Source: Nostoc sp. TCL26-01
Lineage (GTDB): Bacteria; Cyanobacteriota; Cyanobacteriia; Cyanobacteriales; Nostocaceae
Reading direction: 5' to 3'
DNA: 32,000 nt
Assembly (NCBI RefSeq): GCF_013393945.1
Contig: NZ_CP040297.1
Coordinates: 5,651,296 to 5,683,295, forward strand
A program made the translations under genes and the position numbers. The notes under the pieces are model-generated. The model was not told the origin of the DNA. It did no database searches and saw only the letters and a program-made list of their open reading frames with translations. Position 1 is the stretch's first letter. Each line of letters begins with the position of its first letter. Of this stretch, positions 16,859 through 22,711 are shown in pieces.

Positions 16859-18778
16859 TTGCAACAACTCCACCAACTTTTGCAGCAAAATCCTCAAGTA
16901 GCCATCGCCGCTATTGCGGGGATGGGTGGAGTCGGTAAAACAGAACTGGCGCTGCAATATGCCTTGGAAAAACACGAGACTTATCAAGGGGGAATTTGCT
17001 GGTTACTGCCCAAAACCGGAGATATAGCCCTGCAAATTGTCCAGTTTGCCAGAACGCAGCTTGATTTAAAGCCACCAGAAGATTTTGATATCATCGCCCA
17101 AGTACAATACTGCTGGCGACGTTGGCGTGATGGTGATGTGCTGCTAGTGCTGGATGATGTCAGCGACTACGAACAAATCAAGCCTTACCTACAATCTCTA
17201 CCTCCCCGGTTTAAAGTGTTGATGACTACGCGCCAGAACTTAGGACGCATCCCACAGTTATCATTAGATGTACTACAACCAGAAGCCGCACACGAGTTAT
17301 TGCAATCAATTATTGGTAAAGAACGTATTAACCCTGTAGAGACGTTGCACGCAACGTCTCCCCTGTGTGCATGGTTAGGATATTTACCCTTGGGTGTAGA
17401 ATTAGTCGGACGGTATCTAGCACGGAAACAGGATTTATCCTTAACAGAAATGTTGCAACGCTTGGAAAACAAGCGACTAGATGAGCGTTCCCTATCTAAA
17501 TCTAAGTTAGAAGCTGACATGACAGCACAACGAGGTGTGTTAGCCGCCTTTGAGTTAAGTTGGCAAGAATTAGAGGACGACGCTAAACAACTCGGCTGTT
17601 TATTAAGTTTATTTGCCCCCGCACCTGTACCTTGGAACTTGGTAGAACAGTGTTTACCAGAAACAGATGCAGAAGATTTAGAGGAAATTAGAGACGATAG
17701 CTTACTGAATCTGCATTTACTCCAGCGTCAAGGCAAGGAAATCTATCAACTACATCCACTGTTGAGAGAGTTTTTCCAATATAAGCTTACAGGTTTAGAG
17801 CAGGTAGAGGAATTTAAGCGATCGCTCTGCCGACTAATGGTAGCAGTTGCTCAAGATATTCCTGACTCACCCATCCTTGAGCAAATAACCGCCATTTCTC
17901 CTGCCATTCCTCATATAGCTGAAGTAGCGAATCATCTCATTCAATACGTCAGCGATGATGATTTACTCTGGCCTTTCATCGGCAACGTTAAATTTTATAA
18001 TGGTCAAGGATTATATACTCAGGCTGAAACTTGGTCCCACAAGTGTCTAGAAATCACTAAAAAACGTTTGGGAGAAGAACATCTCTCTGTTGCCACTAGC
18101 CTCAACAACTTAGCGTATCTCTACCGTTCCCAAGGCAGATACAGCGAAGCCGAACCGTTGTTCATCCAAGCTTTAGCACTCTCGCGCAAACTTCTGGGAG
18201 AAGAACATCCCGATGTCGCACTTAGCCTCAATAACCTCGCGTCTCTCTACGAGTCCCAAGGCAGATACAGTGAAGCTGAACCGTTGTACATCCAAGCTTT
18301 AGCACTCATGCGCAAACTTCTGGGAGAAGAACATCCCGATGTCGCACTTAGCCTCAACAACCTCGCGTCACTCTACTGTTCCCAAGGCAGATACAGCAAA
18401 GCCGAACCATTGTACATCCAAGCTTTAACACTCATGCGCAAACTTCTGGGAGAAGAACATCCCGATATCGCACTTAGCCTCAACAACTTCGCGTCACTCT
18501 ATTACTCCCAAGGCAGATACAGCAAAGCCGAACCGTTGTACATCCAAGCTTTAGCACTCAGACGCAAACTCCTGGGAGAAGAACATCCCTCTGTCGCCAC
18601 TAGCCTCAACAACCTCGCATATCTCTACCGTTCCCAAGGCAGATACAGCGAAGCCGAACCGTTATACATCCAAGCTTTAGATATTTTGGAGCGACGGTTA
18701 GGAGTAGATCATCCTAATACTGTGACTGTGCGTAATAATCTAGCATATTTGCGCGATCGCCTCACTTCAGAACAGTAA
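16859..18778 (+). CDS. NB-ARC (STAND NTPase) + TPR repeat protein, NLR-like; homology extends upstream to 16754 with no start codon there
   Basis: The ORF has Walker A GMGGVGKT, Walker B LLVLDDV, TTR, and GYLPLGVELVG (the GxP/winged-helix region), then six TPR_10/12-type repeats. The codons at 16754-16858 encode ...IPHNLPWSGVEKFVGRETEL, the conserved pre-P-loop segment, but contain no ATG, GTG or TTG. Confidence 0.85.
   Translation: MQQLHQLLQQNPQVAIAAIAGMGGVGKTELALQYALEKHETYQGGICWLLPKTGDIALQIVQFARTQLDLKPPEDFDIIAQVQYCWRRWRDGDVLLVLDDVSDYEQIKPYLQSLPPRFKVLMTTRQNLGRIPQLSLDVLQPEAAHELLQSIIGKERINPVETLHATSPLCAWLGYLPLGVELVGRYLARKQDLSLTEMLQRLENKRLDERSLSKSKLEADMTAQRGVLAAFELSWQELEDDAKQLGCLLSLFAPAPVPWNLVEQCLPETDAEDLEEIRDDSLLNLHLLQRQGKEIYQLHPLLREFFQYKLTGLEQVEEFKRSLCRLMVAVAQDIPDSPILEQITAISPAIPHIAEVANHLIQYVSDDDLLWPFIGNVKFYNGQGLYTQAETWSHKCLEITKKRLGEEHLSVATSLNNLAYLYRSQGRYSEAEPLFIQALALSRKLLGEEHPDVALSLNNLASLYESQGRYSEAEPLYIQALALMRKLLGEEHPDVALSLNNLASLYCSQGRYSKAEPLYIQALTLMRKLLGEEHPDIALSLNNFASLYYSQGRYSKAEPLYIQALALRRKLLGEEHPSVATSLNNLAYLYRSQGRYSEAEPLYIQALDILERRLGVDHPNTVTVRNNLAYLRDRLTSEQ
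17336..17360. repeat. small palindromic element inserted in frame in the NB-ARC CDS
   Basis: GTAGAGACGTTGCACGCAACGTCTC has a 10-bp stem and is translated as VETLHATS. It belongs to the same element family as 4619-4649 and is flanked by CCCTGT on both sides (17332-17337 and 17361-17366). Confidence 0.8.
18068..18697 (+). repeat. five tandem 126-bp (42-codon) near-identical TPR coding repeats
   Basis: Units start at 18068, 18194, 18320, 18446 and 18572. Each encodes LGEEHPxVAxSLNNLAxLYxSQGRYSxAEPLYIQALxLxRKL. Confidence 0.9.
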
Positions 18779-18805
18779 CAGCAATCTTTAAAACCTAAAC
18801 TTTTA

Positions 18806-18943
18806 TGTTCCCATCTCGAAGCTTCCTGTTTTGAACTCGAAGTTTCCTGTTCCAAACAAAAACATTCCCGTTTTTCACTCAAAGTTTCGTGTTAAAAGTG
18901 AGAACGTTCCTGTTTCAAGCTCGAAGTTCCGAGTTCTGATACC
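18806..18943. repeat. degenerate tandem repeats with 21/42-nt period (core CTCRAAGTTYC-GTT)
   Basis: CTCGAAG/CTCAAAG cores occur at 18815, 18836, 18878 and 18919. The two 42-nt units (18860-18901 and 18902-18943) align throughout. The last unit shares 20 identical nt (CTCGAAGTTCCGAGTTCTGA) with 20165-20184. Confidence 0.8.
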
Positions 18944-18971
18944 ATTTCACTTTAATAATGATACAAATACG

Positions 18972-19093
18972 TGAGTCCGTCAGTCCGTCAGGGATTGTAA
19001 ATCCCTGTCTCATAGCTAAAGTCCTCTCAAGAGGACTGAATATCAGAGTCCATTTTAATGGACTTAAGCTATGAGACCACCGTTTTAACGGTG
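18972..19093. other. compact cluster of five perfect helices (hairpin / three-way junction / hairpin): structured RNA or nested palindromic mini-elements
   Basis: AGTCCGTC x2 (18973-18988) leads into an 8-bp hairpin, 18988-18995/18999-19006. A 10-bp outer stem, 19007-19016/19066-19075, encloses two 7-bp hairpins, AGTCCTC-TCAA-GAGGACT (19019-19036) and AGTCCAT-TTTA-ATGGACT (19046-19063). A 6-bp hairpin follows at 19076-19081/19088-19093. Confidence 0.6.
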
Positions 19094-19186
19094 GGCGGAC
19101 AATACCCAACGAGTAAGCTATATGTATCAGGATTTTTGTGAATTGGTATGAGCTTGAATGATGGTGTTGTAAAGGCGATCGCTCTC

Positions 19187-19293
19187 TCTTTTAACTCGAA
19201 GTTTTGTGTTCGCAGGTAGAATGATGGTGTTGTGAAGGCGATGTCTAACGACAAGCCGCAAGCGTCTACGCCACTGTTCAATTAGAGAATGAT
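19187..19293 (+). repeat. TA-island junction repeat, copy A (long form), ending in a TAGAAT-like -10 hexamer
   Basis: The sequence reads TTTTAACTCGAAGTTTTGTGTTC..GTAGAATGATGGTGTTGTGAAGGCGATGTCTAACGACAAGCCGCAAGCGTCTACGCC..TTCAATTAGAGAATGAT. An extra half copy (GAATGATGGTGTTGTAAAGGCGATCGC) lies at 19155-19181. Confidence 0.8.
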
Positions 19294-19301
19294 GTGCGGA
19301 C

Positions 19302-19436
19302 TCAAAGACTATTCCATTCTTCCAACGTGATTTCCCTCTCTATAATCACCTCGATTTCCCGAATCATCATCCGCAGTTGCGGTACGGAATACTCGTCATT
19401 AGAGGGAATAGTGAGACGATGTTGTTCATACAACAT
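19302..19436 (-). pseudogene. possible HicA-like toxin remnant (44 codons)
   Basis: The minus-strand ATG at 19436 gives MLYEQHRLTIPSNDEYSVPQLRMMIREIEVIIEREITLEEWNSL*. This resembles the C-terminal half of YcfA/HicA-type proteins. An in-frame TAG two codons upstream excludes a longer ORF. Confidence 0.3.
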
Positions 19437-19549
19437 AAACTAATAAGTGCGATTGTTTAGAATAAAATTAGCTGGCTGCAAAAGTGGCGATCGCTTGTTT
19501 GGAAAAAATCAATTAGGATAAATTATAGAATTACATTTACCAAAACCTT

Positions 19550-19768
19550 ATGTTAATTACATACACTGCAAAATATACAAAAACTAATAGCGGATATATG
19601 GGACAACTGATTGAATGGCAAGAGGTCATCACCGAAGGAGAAACCATAGAAGACTGTAGAACTATGTTACAAGACGCAACAAAAGAAATGATTCTTGCTT
19701 ATCGTCAGCAAAATAAAGAAATTCCTACGGGTAATTCTCTACTTGAACAAATTCCTATAGAGGTTTGA
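19550..19768 (+). CDS. hicB: HicB-family antitoxin
   Basis: 72-aa ORF. Its sequence (YTAKYTKTNSGYMGQLIEWQEVITEGETIEDCRTMLQDA...) is typical of short HicB antitoxins. It overlaps the following hicA-like ORF by 4 nt. Confidence 0.75.
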   Translation: MLITYTAKYTKTNSGYMGQLIEWQEVITEGETIEDCRTMLQDATKEMILAYRQQNKEIPTGNSLLEQIPIEV

Positions 19769-20121
19769 GTGTGTCAGTCAAGCGAAAAGATTTAATTAAG
19801 TACTTAGAAAATAATGGATTTTATTTGTTAAGAGAAGGCGGCAATCATTCCATCTATACTAATGACATAAAAACTATCCCTGTAAAAAGACATCGCACTA
19901 AAGATACCTTAGAATCGCTCAAAAAAATAGCAGATAGTCGAGATATGTCTTGTGAGGCATTACTTAAATTTTATATTGGGCAAGGTTTACGCCAAGATAT
20001 AGCTCAGTTATTTTCTAACCGCGTACTAGAGGCTACTGCTCAAGTTCTGGCACGACATATTCAATCAGAAGCAGAAATTTCACATATCTTACAAGAAATT
20101 CGCTCCCAAACTAATTGTTAA
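19765..20121 (+). CDS. hicA: chimeric ORF: HicA toxin N-terminal part fused to the C-terminal part of a CopG/BrnA-like antitoxin
   Basis: Residues 6-44 (KRKDLIKYLENNGFYLLREGGNHSIYTNDIKTIPVKRHR) match the HicA core. The remaining roughly 74 residues (LESLKKIADSRDMSCEALLKFYIGQGLRQD...) look like an RHH/BrnA-type antitoxin tail rather than the short HicA C-terminus. Confidence 0.6.
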   Translation: MSVSVKRKDLIKYLENNGFYLLREGGNHSIYTNDIKTIPVKRHRTKDTLESLKKIADSRDMSCEALLKFYIGQGLRQDIAQLFSNRVLEATAQVLARHIQSEAEISHILQEIRSQTNC

Positions 20122-20158
20122 TGCGTAGGGGGAGCATCGTCGTAGACATCGCTTTACC

Positions 20159-20237
20159 TTTTGACTCGAAGTTCCGAGTTCTGAGGTGGAATAATGGTGT
20201 TGTGAAGGCGATTTCTCCACTTAAATTGTAGAATGAT
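20159..20237 (+). repeat. TA-island junction repeat, copy B (short form), ending in TTAAATTGTAGAATGAT
   Basis: The sequence reads TTTTGACTCGAAGTTCCGAGTTCTGAGGTGGAATAATGGTGTTGTGAAGGCGAT..TTAAATTGTAGAATGAT. The last 17 nt are identical to 21249-21265. Confidence 0.8.
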
Positions 20238-20327
20238 GAGCATAGGCGGAGCATCACCATAGGCGATCGCCTTGGTAAGAGTTTGGATTGCACGCTTGTT
20301 TTGCAAGAAAGTTTGACAAATAGCTAT

Positions 20328-20768
20328 ATGACCAGGGTTTATCTAGATACCAGTATTTACAATCGTCCATTTGATGACCAAACACAACCAAAAATATTTC
20401 TGGAAACACAAGCTATCATCTTAATTTTACAAATGATAGAAGTAAGATTAATAGAATTAGTTAATTCTTCAGTTCTAGAATATGAAAATAGCCGTAACCC
20501 TTTTGTTGTCAATCAGCAATCAATGGAGCGATACTTACAAATAGCGACATTGAGAGTATTAGTAGATGAAAATATTAAAAACAGAGCAGAACAACTAGAA
20601 CAACAAGGCATTAAATCTATTGATGCACTTCATGTAGCGTGTGCCGAAGCTTCTCAAAGTGATTATCTTATCACTTGTGATAGGAGACTAATCAACCGAT
20701 GTCAGAATTTATCACTCACAGTTATCAACCCAAATAATTTTATTTTTGAGGTAGAAAATGGAAATTAA
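20328..20768 (+). CDS. PIN-domain toxin (VapC-like)
   Basis: The start is placed at ATG 20328 (MTRVYLDTSIY..., with the first acidic PIN residue). Later motifs are IDALHVACAE and DYLITCDRRL. The ORF track's upstream TTG start runs into the repeat. Confidence 0.75.
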   Translation: MTRVYLDTSIYNRPFDDQTQPKIFLETQAIILILQMIEVRLIELVNSSVLEYENSRNPFVVNQQSMERYLQIATLRVLVDENIKNRAEQLEQQGIKSIDALHVACAEASQSDYLITCDRRLINRCQNLSLTVINPNNFIFEVENGN

Positions 20769-20985
20769 AGTTATTAATGAACAAGAAAATTTACAAGAAG
20801 TAATGCAAATTTTACTTACTCACTTAGAACCATCGAAGGTAATGAAATTTTGGGCAGCTTGTAAACTAAGTGAAGGGGACTATTTGCAAGTGAAAGAAAA
20901 ACTTTTTGCTCAAGAAACAGTTGCTAGTTTATATACCAAAATCAAAGAATATCAAGATGATGATGGTAAAAAATCGCCAGAATAA
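20758..20985 (+). CDS. small protein, probable cognate antitoxin of the upstream PIN toxin
   Basis: 75-aa ORF overlapping the PIN gene stop by 11 nt, which suggests translational coupling. Its function is inferred from position only. Confidence 0.5.
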   Translation: MEIKVINEQENLQEVMQILLTHLEPSKVMKFWAACKLSEGDYLQVKEKLFAQETVASLYTKIKEYQDDDGKKSPE

Positions 20986-21102
20986 AGCTTCTAAGCCAAG
21001 CTGCCGTTGATGGGTGATGTTATTCAAGCTTTTGTTTTACCTAAGATTAATTATTTTACTACAGCGATGTCTGACGACAAGCCGCAAGCGTCTACGCTCG
21101 AC

Positions 21103-21265
21103 TTTTTTACTCGGAGTTTTGTGTTCTCAAGTAAAATGATTGTGTTATGAAAGCGGTGTTTAACGACAAGCCCTTCGGGTTCAGGGGTTCAGACTCGACG
21201 GGAACCGCCAAGACTCTGACCCCTTCACCACAAGCGTCTACGCTCCTGTTAAATTGTAGAATGAT
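21103..21265 (+). repeat. TA-island junction repeat, copy C (long form with a 58-nt nested insertion)
   Basis: It has the same order of blocks as copy A. The GTGTTTAACGACAAGCC / CAAGCGTCTACGC block is split by 21173-21230. The copy ends in TTAAATTGTAGAATGAT (21249-21265). A further free copy of the 33-nt block lies at 21066-21098. Confidence 0.8.
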
Positions 21266-21297
21266 CCTCCCCACAATGAGTTAGTGGAAATTTACCG

Positions 21298-21534
21298 ATG
21301 AATAAAGAATTAACGCAAGCGATCGCCTCTGAAATTCAGTTATTTCAGAATATTGAACAGAAAGAAAACTTTCTATTTTTACTTGGTGCTTTAATTGCTA
21401 AAGTAATTAGTTTGAAAAAAGCTGCGGAAGTTATGCAGTTAGAACCAACAGAATTACTTAAAATTCTAGACTTAATGGGAGTTGAGTTTTCGTATCTCTG
21501 TGAAGAAGATGTTGCTTTAGAAAAAAGCTGGTGA
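21298..21534 (+). CDS. UPF0175-family antitoxin-like protein
   Basis: 78-aa ORF. The pattern ...LGALIAKVISLKKAAEVMQLEPTELLKILDLMGVEF... is typical of UPF0175 partners of DUF3368 PIN-like proteins. It lies 4 nt upstream of the next ORF. Confidence 0.7.
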   Translation: MNKELTQAIASEIQLFQNIEQKENFLFLLGALIAKVISLKKAAEVMQLEPTELLKILDLMGVEFSYLCEEDVALEKSW

Positions 21535-21538
21535 ATGA

Positions 21539-22024
21539 ATGCAGATTGTTATTAATTCATCGCCACTGATTTTCCTATCAAAATTAAACTATTTGAATCT
21601 GTTTGTTGAATCTCCTGATGATTTCTACATTCCTCAATCTGTAGCGGATGAAATCAAAGCTAAATCAGATCCATCTAGCCAAACTGTTCAAGCTTTGATT
21701 AACTTTGGTAGTCTTCAAGTCCGAGCATCCAAGTTAATAACCCTTGTCAATAGTTTAAATCAACGCTTGGGCAAAGGCAAATCAGAAGCTATTGCTTTGG
21801 CAATTGAGTTAAACACAGATTGTGTCTTGTTAGATGACTCAACAGCCAGAAGAGAAGCCAGAAGACTCGGTTTAAATATCAAAGGTACGTTAGCTGTTAT
21901 CAAGAAATTGAGCAAAGATGGCAAAATCAGCATTGAAAGCTTGGATGAGCTTTATCAACAACTCATGCAAATTGAGTTTAGAGTTAAAAGGTCTTTGTTT
22001 GATAATATTTTTTCTGAAGATTAA
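21539..22024 (+). CDS. DUF3368 / PIN-like nuclease-domain protein (toxin candidate)
   Basis: 161-aa ORF. IVINSSPLIFLSKL, GKGKSEAIALAIE, VLLDDSTARREARRLGL and IKGTLAVI are hallmark segments of the DUF3368 family. Confidence 0.75.
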   Translation: MQIVINSSPLIFLSKLNYLNLFVESPDDFYIPQSVADEIKAKSDPSSQTVQALINFGSLQVRASKLITLVNSLNQRLGKGKSEAIALAIELNTDCVLLDDSTARREARRLGLNIKGTLAVIKKLSKDGKISIESLDELYQQLMQIEFRVKRSLFDNIFSED

Positions 22025-22266
22025 TAATACTCAGGGCGATCACTCTACTTTAAAGTGTAAATCAACAGGCGATCGCTTAAAAAGGAATCCATTCCAACCT
22101 ATCTATCCATTCTTCTGCCTCAGTAGTCTCCCAAACCAGCAACAGTTCTTGTGCTAATTGTCCTATTTGCTCTACTCCGAATGGAGTTTATAACTTTTCA
22201 GTGAATCTTTCTATATTTTACAAGAACACACAGCTTGGGTAAGTTCAGTTGCCTTAAGGTGTAGAG

Positions 22267-22323
22267 GAATCATGGTGGCGATCGCTCTACCCATGCCTTT
22301 ACACTGATATGATAATAGCGATA
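22267..22323 (+). repeat. 57-nt direct repeat, left copy, flanking the MazEF-like cassette
   Basis: GAATCATGGTGGCGATCGCTCTACCCATGCCTTTACACTGATATGATAATAGCGATA is about 52/57 identical to 23069-23125. Confidence 0.9.
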
Positions 22324-22504
22324 ACGTCCTGATGAACGCATGAATATCACAGGTGTTCAAGGCTTAACCGATGCCGAAATTTCTACCCTCAAAGCACTAG
22401 GCGCAGTGGAAGATAAGGAAATGCAAAATTAAAATATCAGGTAATCCTAAAATACAAGAGGATAAAATCGAAAATAGAGCAAACAACCCAAAAAACTTCA
22501 AGCT

Positions 22505-22711
22505 GTGAATACTCAACTAATTGATACTTTAGTGCAAATTATTCGCTCACTTTCTGCCACAGAACAAGCCTTACTCGAAAAAAAATTATTTAGCGATGTG
22601 AGTTACCCTTCAACTTTGGAACTGATGCAGCTGGCAGAAAAAGGTAGAGCTTTCGATTTCTTGCATGATGAACCTGATATTTATACAGCCGAAGATGGAG
22701 AACCTGTTTAA
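22505..22711 (+). CDS. antitoxin of a MazF/PemK-type module
   Basis: 68-aa GTG-initiated ORF. The C-terminal FDFLHDEPDIYTAEDGEPV tail is common in cyanobacterial antitoxins paired with PemK-like toxins. Its stop overlaps the toxin ATG (ATGA-type overlap at 22711). Confidence 0.65.
   Translation: MNTQLIDTLVQIIRSLSATEQALLEKKLFSDVSYPSTLELMQLAEKGRAFDFLHDEPDIYTAEDGEPV

Noticed and set aside
17185-17520. 111-aa minus-strand ORF inside the NB-ARC gene. The same applies to other antisense ORFs inside long CDSs: 2045-2245, 2600-2872, 3521-3742, 9178-9423, 9680-9868, 12531-12722, 13045-13272, 14627-15058, 16544-16738, 24167-24742, 24912-25121, 26186-26696, 27914-28099, 30590-30904 and 30937-31221.
   Set aside because: Each is fully embedded in or overlaps a motif-supported CDS, on the opposite strand or in another frame, and has no family features.
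19007-19080. tRNA-like element: a 10-bp closing stem followed by CCA, enclosing two hairpins.
   Set aside because: It has only two internal arms, no T-loop (GTTCRA) or D-loop signatures, a 10-bp rather than 7-bp acceptor stem, and 4-nt loops too small for an anticodon loop.
18915-19281. Minus-strand ORFs 18915-19109 and 19069-19281. Also ORFs 20111-20293 and 21918-22157.
   Set aside because: They span hairpin clusters and junction repeats. The same peptide fragments (..AFTTPSF..) recur because the underlying DNA repeat recurs.
22340-22432. 30-codon ORF (MNITGVQGLTDAEISTLKALGAVEDKEMQN) inside the MazEF-like cassette.
   Set aside because: It is too short to support from sequence alone and no clear ribosome-binding site was seen. 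It might be a real small protein, but this cannot be judged here.
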